The position numbers were made by a program, and so were the translations under genes. This document shows positions 10,799 through 19,905 of a stretch of 62,585 nt of DNA, piece after piece. This DNA comes from Candidatus Eiseniibacteriota bacterium (GTDB taxonomy: Bacteria > Joyebacterota > Joyebacteria > Joyebacterales > Joyebacteraceae), in contig JBDRFG010000088.1 in the NCBI GenBank assembly GCA_043819135.1, positions 1 through 62,585 of the forward strand. Direction: 5' to 3'. Positions within the stretch are counted from its first letter, which is position 1; the number at the start of each line of letters is the position of its first letter. The notes under the pieces are model-generated. The model had not been told where the DNA came from. It worked only from the letters and a program-made list of their open reading frames with translations, and did no database searches.

Positions 10799-13279
10799 AT
10801 GAAGCTCCCCAAGCGCTACAAGCCCGCCGAAGCCGAGGAGAGGTGGCAGAGGCAGTGGGACGAGAGCGGGATCTACAAGTTCGACCAGTTCTCCGACCGC
10901 CCCATCTACAGCATCGACACGCCTCCGCCCACCGTGTCCGGGCGTATCCACATAGGGCACGTGTTCAGCTATGTTCAGGCCGAGGTGGTGGCGCGCTACT
11001 GGCGCATGAAGGGACACAACGTCTACTACCCGTTCGGGTTCGACGACAACGGTCTCCCGAGCGAGAGGCTGGTAGAAAAGGAGAAGGGTGTCAAGGCGAC
11101 GGAGGTGGGGCGGGAGACGTTCGTCAAGATGTGTCTCGAGTTGACGAAGCAGTATGAGGTGGACTTCATCTCGTTCTGGAAGAGCCTGGGACTCTCGGTC
11201 GACTGGGAAGAGGACTACTCGACCATCGACCCGCGCTCGCAGCGGATCTCGCAGCGCTCGTTTCTCGACCTCCATGAGAAGGGCAGGATCTACCGCAAGG
11301 GAGCTCCGACACTGTGGTGCCCGGAGTGCCACACGGCCATTGCGCAGGCGGAGATAGAGGACGCAGAGCACGACTCCGTCTTCTACGACGTGGCGTTCGG
11401 CCTGGACGGGCGCGACCTTGTCATCTCGACCACGCGTCCGGAGCTTCTGCCGGCGTGTGTCGGCATGTTCGCGCACCCCGACGACGAGCGCTACGCCGGG
11501 ATCATCGGAAAGAATGCGACCGTTCCCCTCTTCGGCCACGAAGTTCCAATAATGCCCGACGAGAAGGCCGACCCCGAGAAGGGAACCGGGCTCGTCATGT
11601 GCTGCACGTTCGGTGACACGACCGACATCGCGTGGTGGCAGGAGCACGGGCTCGAAACACGCATCGTATTTGATGACGAGGGCCGCATGAACGCACTCGC
11701 GCCCGGATACGAGGGGCTCTCTCTTAAGGTCGCGCGCACACGGATAGTCGCGGACCTCGAATCCGGCGGCCGGCTCAAGGGTCAGAGACCTATCACCCAC
11801 GTGGTGAACGTGCATGAGAGGTGCGGTACGGGCATCGAGTTCTCGGTCGCCCCGCAGTGGTTTGTCCGCGTGCTCGACATCAAGGACCAGATCCTCGACG
11901 CGGGGGCGAAGGTCCAGTGGTGTCCGGAGTTCATGGCGGTTCGCTTCCGGAACTGGGTCGAGAACCTCGCGTGGGACTGGTGCATTTCCAGGCAGCGCTA
12001 CTACGGTGTGCCGTTCCCGCTCTGGGTCTGCACTTCGTGTGGGGAGGTAGTGCTTGCGGACCGTTCGCAGCTTCCCGTCGATCCGACCGTCTCCGACCCG
12101 CCCGTCGCAACCTGTCCCGCGTGCGGTGGCGAGCTTACGCCTGAGACCGACATCATGGACACATGGATGACCTCGTCGTGCACTCCGTTCATCAATCTGA
12201 GGTGGGGCGAGGAGGATTCCCGCGTAGAGCGCTTCAAGAAGGAGGGAGTCGACGGCGGTCCCGAGTACCTCATGGACCTTCGTCCTCAGGCGCACGACAT
12301 CATTCGTACGTGGGCGTTCTACACGGTGGTCAAGGGCGTGTTGAACGAAGGGAAGATACCCTGGCGCACCGCCATGATCTCCGGCCACACACTGCACCCC
12401 GACCGCGCGAAGATAAGCAAGTCGAAGGGCGCGAGGGGGGCGGCGCCGAGCGACATCGTGGAAGACCGTTCCGCGGACGTTGTGCGCTACTGGGCCAGTT
12501 CGGCCAGGCTGGGAACCGACACCATCCTTGCCGAGGAACCGCTCGACGCCGGACACCGTCTGGTGGTTAAGCTGTGGAACGCGTCGAAGTTCGCCATAAT
12601 GCGCCTGGAGGACTACGACCCGAATGCGCCCAAGGCGCCGGGTGTCACCGACCGGTGGCTTCTGGCCGAGCTCTCTCAGGCCGTTACCAGGGCGACGCGG
12701 AGCTTCGAGGTGTGCGACTATCACGGCGCGCTCGAGGCTGCGGAGCGCTTCTTCTGGCACGACCTCTGTGACAACTACATCGAGATAGCCAAGAAGCGGC
12801 TCTACGGAGACGAGGGCTACGACGAGGCCGATCGACGGGGCGCCCAGCACGCGCTCTACCAGGCGCTCCTGGTCTCGCTCAAAATGTTCGCTCCCGTCAT
12901 GCCGCACATCACCGAAGAGCTGCACTCGCTCTTCTTCGCTGAGCGCGAGGGCGTCGAGTCGATACACGTGTCCGCGTGGCCCGAGCCGGCGGACTCGTGG
13001 GACGATCCGGAGGCGCTCGAAGCAGGTCGCGTCGCACTTGCGGTCATCGAGGGGATGCGGAAGGTCAAGTCGATGAGCAAGGTATCGGTGGCCGCGCCCG
13101 TCGGGACACTGACCGTGTGCTGCGAGGACGCTGTATGGAAGAAGATCGAACCGTTGTCGGCGGAACTCCGTGACGTGTCGAACGCGCGCAGCGTTGAGCA
13201 CGTCGAGACCGCCGGAGAGGGCTTCGTCGATACCGACCTCGCGGGTCTCCGGGTCTCCGCGGAGCTCATCGAGGAGTAG
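10799..13279 (+). CDS. valS: Valine--tRNA ligase, archaeal-type (type 2)
   Basis: IDTPPPTVSG, HIGH, GFDDNGLPSER, TTRPELL, DWCISRQRYYGVP, RPQAHDIIRTWAFYT, KISKS. No long C-terminal coiled coil. Confidence 0.95.
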   Translation: MKLPKRYKPAEAEERWQRQWDESGIYKFDQFSDRPIYSIDTPPPTVSGRIHIGHVFSYVQAEVVARYWRMKGHNVYYPFGFDDNGLPSERLVEKEKGVKATEVGRETFVKMCLELTKQYEVDFISFWKSLGLSVDWEEDYSTIDPRSQRISQRSFLDLHEKGRIYRKGAPTLWCPECHTAIAQAEIEDAEHDSVFYDVAFGLDGRDLVISTTRPELLPACVGMFAHPDDERYAGIIGKNATVPLFGHEVPIMPDEKADPEKGTGLVMCCTFGDTTDIAWWQEHGLETRIVFDDEGRMNALAPGYEGLSLKVARTRIVADLESGGRLKGQRPITHVVNVHERCGTGIEFSVAPQWFVRVLDIKDQILDAGAKVQWCPEFMAVRFRNWVENLAWDWCISRQRYYGVPFPLWVCTSCGEVVLADRSQLPVDPTVSDPPVATCPACGGELTPETDIMDTWMTSSCTPFINLRWGEEDSRVERFKKEGVDGGPEYLMDLRPQAHDIIRTWAFYTVVKGVLNEGKIPWRTAMISGHTLHPDRAKISKSKGARGAAPSDIVEDRSADVVRYWASSARLGTDTILAEEPLDAGHRLVVKLWNASKFAIMRLEDYDPNAPKAPGVTDRWLLAELSQAVTRATRSFEVCDYHGALEAAERFFWHDLCDNYIEIAKKRLYGDEGYDEADRRGAQHALYQALLVSLKMFAPVMPHITEELHSLFFAEREGVESIHVSAWPEPADSWDDPEALEAGRVALAVIEGMRKVKSMSKVSVAAPVGTLTVCCEDAVWKKIEPLSAELRDVSNARSVEHVETAGEGFVDTDLAGLRVSAELIEE

Positions 13280-13352
13280 TGCCCGTCCCAGGCCGGCGCC
13301 GTTCCGCGGGAAGACGACGTTCATCCCCGAAATCGGCGCGGAGGTTGCCCCC

Positions 13353-14450
13353 GTGGCATTCAGGAAGCGCACACCAGTCGAATTACCGAACAGGCCTCGT
13401 ATCCTCGTCATGGAGACCGGCCTGATCGGGGAACTCCTTGTCATCACTCCCGCGCTGCGCGCCATCGGGAAGGCCAGGCCCGAGGCCGATGTGACCGTCA
13501 TGGTGCGGCCCGGCTCGGCGCCGGTGCTGATCGGGAGCCCCTACGTGAAGAAGCTGCTGCCCCTTGTCGGCAAAGAGCGCAAGGGATTCCTGGGAGTGAT
13601 GAGGCTCGCGTCCTGGGTCCGCTCCCGGGACTTCGATGCGGCGCTCGTGCTGCACACCTCTTTCAGGAGCGCGCTCATAGCGCTGATGGGCGCCGTTCCG
13701 GTGCGTGCCGGTCTTTCGTGCGAGGGCCGTGGCTTCCTTCTCACTCACAAGAGACCGCGCGACCGCAACGCGTACGAGGTCGACGAGCACCTCGGCGTTC
13801 TGGAGCTTCTGGGTGTCCCCGGCGACGGGCCCGAAATGGATCTCTTCCTGACCACGAAAGAGCGCCGTTCCGCGCTCTCTCTACTGCGTCGGGTCGCGGA
13901 GCCGCGTACGCTCGTGGGGCTTCACCCAGGCGCCAGCCGCGTGAACCGCCGATGGCCTCTCTGGCTCTTCGTCGAGCTGGCGAGCAGGCTCGAGCGTGAC
14001 GCGGGCGTCACCCCCGTTTTCTTCTTCGGTCCCAGAGAAGAGGACCTTGCACAGGGTGTGACCGAACTCCGCGCGATGGACGGGAAAGACCCACCCGTCA
14101 TGTTGCGTCCGGGGAACATACGCCTGCTGGCCGCGGCGTTCGAACTCATGGACGTCGTGGTGACCAACAACACCGGCCCGATGCACGTCGCCGCGGCGGT
14201 CGGAACGCCCGGCGTGTTCATCAACGGCCCCACGCCGGTCGGGAGATGGCATCCACCCGGAGCGCTCAACACGCCGGTCTTCAGCAGGGGCGTCGGTTGC
14301 CGGCCGTGCGACCTGCCCCAGTGCAGGATCGAGAGACTCGCCTGCATGGAAGAGGTCAGCGTGGACTCGGTTCTCGAGGCTGTGCAGAACCACCTCTCGA
14401 GAGGTGAATCGTCAACCTTGCCTCCGGGCGGCGGGGTTCCACGGAGATGA
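13353..14450 (+). CDS. Glycosyltransferase family 9 (LPS heptosyltransferase-like)
   Basis: IGELLVITP, GLHPGAS..RRWP, NNTGPMHVAAAVGTP, C-terminal CRPC...C....CM. GTG 13353 follows GGAGG. Confidence 0.88.
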   Translation: MAFRKRTPVELPNRPRILVMETGLIGELLVITPALRAIGKARPEADVTVMVRPGSAPVLIGSPYVKKLLPLVGKERKGFLGVMRLASWVRSRDFDAALVLHTSFRSALIALMGAVPVRAGLSCEGRGFLLTHKRPRDRNAYEVDEHLGVLELLGVPGDGPEMDLFLTTKERRSALSLLRRVAEPRTLVGLHPGASRVNRRWPLWLFVELASRLERDAGVTPVFFFGPREEDLAQGVTELRAMDGKDPPVMLRPGNIRLLAAAFELMDVVVTNNTGPMHVAAAVGTPGVFINGPTPVGRWHPPGALNTPVFSRGVGCRPCDLPQCRIERLACMEEVSVDSVLEAVQNHLSRGESSTLPPGGGVPRR

Positions 14451-14517
14451 CCGCCGCGCCACGAAGACGATGACAACGCACGAGATGTGACCGCCCTGCG
14501 ACGGAGGTGACTACCGC

Positions 14518-15636
14518 TTGGAAGGCCCGCTGGTCATTCTTCACGTCATAGAAGCTCCCCTGTGGACGGGAGCAGTCGCCCAGACGTTCGAGACGGCTCT
14601 GGGATTGCGCAAGCGCGGGCACGACGTCGCGCTCGTGACCACGCCGGGGAGCATCCTCTGGGAGAGGGCAGCCGCGCGTGGCCTCGAGCTCATCGGAATG
14701 AACCTGCGGTCGGAACTGAATCCCGCTGCGATCCTGCGACTGAGTTCGATCATCCTGCGAAGACGGGTCGACGTCGTTCACGCGCATCGCGCCCACGCAC
14801 ACACGATCGGGCTCGTAGCCGCATGGCTCACGCGGCGCCCGTTCGTCGTGTCCAGGCACACCGCGCTGCGCCCGCGAGACAATCTGGGGAGCAGGGTCAA
14901 GTACCGCGCGCGGGCCGTGACGAAGATCGTGGCGGTCTCCAGGGCGGTCGCGGATGTCCTCGTCGACTACGGGGTCCGGCCCGACAGGCTCACTGTCATC
15001 CACGATGGCATCGACCCGGATCTCTTCGGGGCGGAAGGACGAGATTCCGGCGTCCTCGAGGAACTGGGTCTTTCGGCGGGCGCGTTGGTGGTGTGCAAGG
15101 TGGCCAACGCGTACGGCGCATCCAAGGGGCACGACACGTTTCTGGCGGCGGCGCGGAGGATCTCCTCTGAAATGCCCGACGCCCGCTTCCTCCTGGTCGG
15201 GAAGGGGACCGACTCCGAGAAGATGCGGGACGCCGTGGGTCGACACGGCCTGGAGGCGTTGGTGACGCTCGCGGGCTATCGTCCGGACGTGCCCGACATC
15301 CTGGCGGCCGCCGACGTTCTGGTGAACTGCCCGACGACGCGGGAGGGGCTGTCCGTCGTCGTGCTGGAGTCGATGGCGACGGGACTTCCGGTCGTTGCGA
15401 CCGACGTAGGGGGCATCCCGGAGATCGTGAGAGATGGTGAGACGGGACTGCTCGTTCCTCCGGGCGACCCCGTGGCGCTTGCCCGTGCCGTCTGCACGAT
15501 GCTCACGGACGCGTCGCTGGCCGCGCGGTTGTCGGAGGCGGGCACGCGACTGGTTCGCGAGGAGTTCAGCGTCGACCGCATGGTCGAGAGCACGGAAGAT
15601 CTCTACCGGAGGATACTCGCGGCCGGCCGCCGTTGA
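14518..15636 (+). CDS. Glycosyltransferase family 4
   Basis: DVVHAH, KGHDTF, EGLSVVVLESMATGLPVVATDVGGIPE. Confidence 0.92.
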   Translation: MEGPLVILHVIEAPLWTGAVAQTFETALGLRKRGHDVALVTTPGSILWERAAARGLELIGMNLRSELNPAAILRLSSIILRRRVDVVHAHRAHAHTIGLVAAWLTRRPFVVSRHTALRPRDNLGSRVKYRARAVTKIVAVSRAVADVLVDYGVRPDRLTVIHDGIDPDLFGAEGRDSGVLEELGLSAGALVVCKVANAYGASKGHDTFLAAARRISSEMPDARFLLVGKGTDSEKMRDAVGRHGLEALVTLAGYRPDVPDILAAADVLVNCPTTREGLSVVVLESMATGLPVVATDVGGIPEIVRDGETGLLVPPGDPVALARAVCTMLTDASLAARLSEAGTRLVREEFSVDRMVESTEDLYRRILAAGRR

Positions 15637-15733
15637 GAGCGCGACGCCATGCGTACCGACGCGGCAGGAGCGTTCGTGCCGACGTTCACGGTCGTCAGGA
15701 GAAACGAGGAACAGAGCGGTGACGAGACCCAGG

Positions 15734-16255
15734 ATGAACCTCTTCGTTACGGGGCGACCCGGCATCGGGAAGACCACGCTGATCGAGCGTGTGCTCGACG
15801 CGCTGGATGTCGAGGCCGGCGGATTCCACACCCCGGAGATGCTCGACGGCGGCCGCAGGGTGGGTTTCTCGATAGTCGGGTTGCACGGTGACACAGGCGT
15901 GCTGGCTCATGTTGACCATGCGAGTTCCTACCGCGTCGGGAAGTACGGGGTCAATCCCGAGGACCTTGAGAGGGTGGGAGTGCGAGCGATCGACGAGGCG
16001 GTCGAGCACTCAAGACTGGTCGTGATGGATGAGATAGGCCGCATGGAACTCTGCTCGGCCTCGTTTCAAGAGGCGGTTGGACGCGCCCTCGATTCCCCGA
16101 AGCCCGTGCTCGGCACTCTCCAGGACAGGAGTAACGTCTTCCTTGATTCCGTCCGCGCACGTCCTGACGTGGAGGTAGTACGGGTCAACACCGGCAATCG
16201 CGAGTGTCTGGTCCCCGTACTGAGAGACCGGATCCTGGAACTTCTCGGGGAGTAA
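15734..16255 (+). CDS. NTPase (THEP1/NTPCR family)
   Basis: Walker A GRPGIGKTT, RRVGF, RVGKYGV, Walker B LVVMDEIGRME. Confidence 0.9.
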   Translation: MNLFVTGRPGIGKTTLIERVLDALDVEAGGFHTPEMLDGGRRVGFSIVGLHGDTGVLAHVDHASSYRVGKYGVNPEDLERVGVRAIDEAVEHSRLVVMDEIGRMELCSASFQEAVGRALDSPKPVLGTLQDRSNVFLDSVRARPDVEVVRVNTGNRECLVPVLRDRILELLGE

Positions 16256-16275
16256 GCGCCTCTGCGCCCCCGGCG

Positions 16276-16716
16276 TCAGAGATCCCGGCGAGGGCCGTTC
16301 CGATGATCCTGCTGCTCGCCCTCTCGAAACTGGGACGGAGGCCACGTTCCGGCTTCCATCCCTCCGGCGAGCACGTAGAGGACGCCGGAGACGGCGAGGG
16401 GAGCGGCCAGCAGAAGGGCCGTTCGCAACAGGCCCGTCGGGGAGTAGACGTTCGCCTTGATCAGCATCCAGACGCCGACCACGAGGAACTCGACCAGTAG
16501 CGCCACACCCGCGGCCGTTCTCCACCTGATGCCCAGCGCCGCGGTCCCGACGGCGATGATCGTGAAGAGGATCTTGATGACGGCCGTGGGCAGCCTCTCG
16601 ATGTCAGAAGTCAGAGTCAGTCCCAACCACAGGACGGTGACGACCGGCGTCAGGATCGCCGCGATCAGTGCGAGCGCCCACCAGCGACTCCGTCTCTTGT
16701 CAGAAGCTCCGGGCAT
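16276..16716 (-). CDS. Hypothetical membrane protein (about 4 TM)
   Basis: Four hydrophobic segments. ATG 16716 follows GGAG. Confidence 0.7.
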   Translation of the reverse strand: MPGASDKRRSRWWALALIAAILTPVVTVLWLGLTLTSDIERLPTAVIKILFTIIAVGTAALGIRWRTAAGVALLVEFLVVGVWMLIKANVYSPTGLLRTALLLAAPLAVSGVLYVLAGGMEAGTWPPSQFREGEQQDHRNGPRRDL

Positions 16717-16906
16717 GGAAATCTCCAATTGGCGACAGCATCCGCGCGAGTAAGCGAAGTGTGGACACCATACAACGTGGCGTCCTCGTCGATCAGGCAC
16801 GCGCGAGTGAATCTACCGTCGTGAACGCAGGCCGTGCAAGGGTTTTCCGGGGACTTCCTTGTAAGCCCCCAATGAGCTAGAATTGCCGCCGAGGAGGTCG
16901 AGCGCA

Positions 16907-17404
16907 ATGACACTCGAACACAGACATATCGCAGCGCGAAGGCGCCGGGCGGCGCCGGCCGCCGCCCTACTCGTGTTCGTCTGTGCGTGTCTCGTAACGT
17001 GCGGGTGTGCGCGCCACGTCTCGCTGGCGGAGTTGGGACCATCGGAAGCGGTGGTCTGGGTCATGCTGACGACTTCGGACGACGAGCGGATAATCGGCCA
17101 GGTCGTTTCGCTCGACGCCGGGTCGATGGTCGTGGCCGTGAGGCACGAGCTCGGAGGAGAAGTCCGAGTGCGCGAGCGTGACGGAGACTCGGCGCTCTAC
17201 TCGGGCACGGAGCGCGTGCCGGGCCGATTCGTGGGCGTAGACAGTGAGGAGCAGCGGCGCGTGGCCGTCGTGCACCGCACGTTCCGTGCCGTCGATATTC
17301 TGACCGCGACGTTCCACGAGAGCAGGGCAGAGCGGTCGCTCGCCTCCATCGTGAGTCTTCTTCTCGGGCCGGCCATCGGCGGGGCCCTGGGATTCGTCCT
17401 GTGA
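16907..17404 (+). CDS. Hypothetical lipoprotein-like protein with C-terminal TM helix
   Basis: Signal peptide ending TCGC, beta-rich core, hydrophobic C-terminus. RBS GAGGAGG. Confidence 0.65.
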   Translation: MTLEHRHIAARRRRAAPAAALLVFVCACLVTCGCARHVSLAELGPSEAVVWVMLTTSDDERIIGQVVSLDAGSMVVAVRHELGGEVRVRERDGDSALYSGTERVPGRFVGVDSEEQRRVAVVHRTFRAVDILTATFHESRAERSLASIVSLLLGPAIGGALGFVL

Positions 17405-17898
17405 GCGGGGAGGTCGGCGTGATGGGAGCGTTTGGAGCTGCGCGCGGTGTGTTCGCGTCCGTCCGTCCGACGACGCTCGTACTTACCGCCGGTCTGCTTG
17501 CAGTATCGCTTGTCATGCTCTCCGGCTGTGCAGCAACGACGCCCGGGAACTTCGTCGAAGAGCCGGGGGTGACCGTTCGCATAGTCCTGACCTCGGGCGA
17601 TTCGATGTCCGGCAAGCTCATAGGAATGGACGACGGCGCGCTGGTCGTCGATCGCTCCGTTCCGAAGAGCCCGAACGTCACGGTCGTCAGAAGAGGCGAA
17701 GTGGACGTCGTCTATCTGGACGGCGCTCCTATCGGTAGCGCAGTGGACGTACGAGACGTCGATATCCTGGTCCGCGAGCGTCTGGCCTTCTTCGAGATAG
17801 CCGACGTGCGCGTGGTGAGCAAGGCGTACTTCGGTTGGGGAACCGGTATCGCCGCCGTGCTGGCGTTCCTGCTGGTCCGGATTCTGGAGGACATGTAG
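17401..17898 (+). CDS. Hypothetical lipoprotein, apparent paralogue of the preceding gene
   Basis: Lipobox LSGC, similar core (VxxxLTSGDxxxGxxxxxDxGxxVV), C-terminal TM, GTGA coupling. Confidence 0.7.
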   Translation: MSGEVGVMGAFGAARGVFASVRPTTLVLTAGLLAVSLVMLSGCAATTPGNFVEEPGVTVRIVLTSGDSMSGKLIGMDDGALVVDRSVPKSPNVTVVRRGEVDVVYLDGAPIGSAVDVRDVDILVRERLAFFEIADVRVVSKAYFGWGTGIAAVLAFLLVRILEDM

Positions 17899-17953
17899 CC
17901 GGGCGGGTTCCGGAAGCGTCGGACTCGACGTGGCGGTGGGTAGGAGGGCGTTA

Positions 17954-19168
17954 ATGACAGGCAATTCTCCGGCAGCGGTGCGCCTGCTCGTTCTGGCAGC
18001 GGCGGTCGTGTTCGCGTTCCCCGTAGCCGCGTCCGCGCGCGATGCGATGGTCACGTTCAAGGTCTTCGCGCCGGAGGACACTCCGTCCGACGCCAGCGTC
18101 TTCATTGCCGGGAGCATTCCCTCTCTGGGCCCGTGGGACCCGGGGAAGGTCAAGCTGGGCAACATAGGCGACCGCACCTACGCGATCACCCTCATCCTGC
18201 CTGCCGGACTCAATTTCCAGTACAAGTTCACCAGGGGTTCTTGGGAAACCGTCGAGAAGGGGCGGTGGTTCGAGGAGATCCCGGACAGAGAACATCACGT
18301 CCTCGGTGACGAGACCGTGGCCGTCAACGTGAAGAACTGGCGGGACTTCTCGGGCGAACGGGAGATCTACACTGTGGTTGGCGACATCAGACATCATGAG
18401 GACTTCTCCTCGACGGCGCTCGGCAACACCAGGTCGGTGCTCGTGTATCTACCGCCGGGTTACGACGAGGACGAAGATCAGCGGTATCCGGTGCTCTACA
18501 TGCACGACGGACAGAATCTCTTCGACGCCGAAACGTCGTTCATAGGCGTGGAGTGGAGCGTGGATGAGACACTCGAGCGGATGATAGGAGAGAAGCGGGT
18601 CAGGCCGCTCATAGTCGTCGGCATATACAACACGGGGGAACGGGAGTTCGAGTACACGCCGACGCAGGACGCGGGCCGCGGCAAGGGCGGAGGCGCGTCC
18701 CGTTACGCGGACTTCATCGTGGACGAGCTCAAACCATACATCGATGCTACCTATCGCACGATGCCAGGGCGCGAGCACACCGGCATCATGGGTTCCTCGC
18801 TGGGTGGCATCGCGTCTCTCTACATAGCGTGGACACACCCTGACGTGTTCTCCCGGGTGGGGGCCATGTCGACGGCCTACTGGTGGTCGAACTCGCAGAT
18901 ACTCACGATGCTCGCGGGAACGAGTCCGCCTCCCGGCGTCAGGGTGTGGTTGGACATGGGGACCGCCGAGGACACATCGGACAAGAACTGGGACAAGGTC
19001 CCGGACATCATCGAGCAGCATCGTCGCGCCCGGAACATACTGATGAAGAAGGGACTGCAGATCCCGCGCAACCTCAGGTACATCGAGGATGAGGGAGCGA
19101 TCCACAACGAGCGCGCCTGGGCGTCGCGCTTCCCGCAGGCCGTGGAGTTCCTCTTTCCCGCGCGATAA
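17954..19168 (+). CDS. Secreted alpha/beta-hydrolase (esterase) with N-terminal CBM20-like starch-binding domain
   Basis: Signal peptide; IAGS...LGPWDP..YKFTRGSWETVE; YPVLYMHDGQNLF; GSSLGG; HNERAW. Confidence 0.88.
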   Translation: MTGNSPAAVRLLVLAAAVVFAFPVAASARDAMVTFKVFAPEDTPSDASVFIAGSIPSLGPWDPGKVKLGNIGDRTYAITLILPAGLNFQYKFTRGSWETVEKGRWFEEIPDREHHVLGDETVAVNVKNWRDFSGEREIYTVVGDIRHHEDFSSTALGNTRSVLVYLPPGYDEDEDQRYPVLYMHDGQNLFDAETSFIGVEWSVDETLERMIGEKRVRPLIVVGIYNTGEREFEYTPTQDAGRGKGGGASRYADFIVDELKPYIDATYRTMPGREHTGIMGSSLGGIASLYIAWTHPDVFSRVGAMSTAYWWSNSQILTMLAGTSPPPGVRVWLDMGTAEDTSDKNWDKVPDIIEQHRRARNILMKKGLQIPRNLRYIEDEGAIHNERAWASRFPQAVEFLFPAR

Positions 19169-19192
19169 CAGCCGCAGGAGATCGACAGACCG

Positions 19193-19819
19193 ATGACGGA
19201 GATCGTCCTTGTACGCCACGGCGAGACAGAATTCAACGCGACGGGTGTGTTCAGGGGACGCGCCGATGTAGCTCTCAATGAACGCGGTTTCGCGCAAGCG
19301 GACGCGGTCGCGGCGGCGCTCTCCACCGCTCCCGTCACGGCGGTGTACTCGAGTCCCATGGTCCGCGCGCTCGACACCGCGCGCGCCGTGGCATCGCCGC
19401 ACGGTCTCGTTCCCGTGGTCGACCCGGCCTTCGACAACATAGATCTGGGGGAGTGGCAGGGCGTTGAGAAGGAACTCGTCAGGCGCGAGCATCCGGAGCT
19501 GTGGCGCCTGTGGAGGGAGGACCCGGACGCACTCAGGATTCCCGGCGGCGAGAGCCTCGCGGACGTCAGAGAGCGGGCGTATCTCCGGACTCTCGAGCTC
19601 GCAGAGCAACATCCCGAAGAGAGAATGGTCATCGTGTCACACAGGTCGGTGGCCAAGCTCCTGGCGGGCGCGCTTCTGGGAATGGAGAGCGGCTACTTCT
19701 GGAGGTTCTACCTGGACAACGCGGGCTACTCGGTCTTCGGATTCAACGAGGGGTCCTTCGTGATGCTCAAATGGAACGAGGCCTGCCACCTGGACGAGAG
19801 GACAGTGGAGTACTTCTAA
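19193..19819 (+). CDS. Histidine phosphatase family protein
   Basis: LVRHGET, SSPMVRALDTA, PGGES, IVSH. Confidence 0.92.
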   Translation: MTEIVLVRHGETEFNATGVFRGRADVALNERGFAQADAVAAALSTAPVTAVYSSPMVRALDTARAVASPHGLVPVVDPAFDNIDLGEWQGVEKELVRREHPELWRLWREDPDALRIPGGESLADVRERAYLRTLELAEQHPEERMVIVSHRSVAKLLAGALLGMESGYFWRFYLDNAGYSVFGFNEGSFVMLKWNEACHLDERTVEYF

Positions 19820-19905
19820 GAGAGACGTGAACGCCGGCGTCCGGAGACGGACGTCCTCGGGTCCGGCGCACATTGCGGCCGGGAGTCGACCACGGAGGGG
19901 AGCCG

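Noticed and set aside
10580..13501. Long minus-strand ORF (973 aa) and similar antisense ORFs throughout the window
   Set aside because: Shadow frames of real genes in high-GC DNA; no recognisable motifs.
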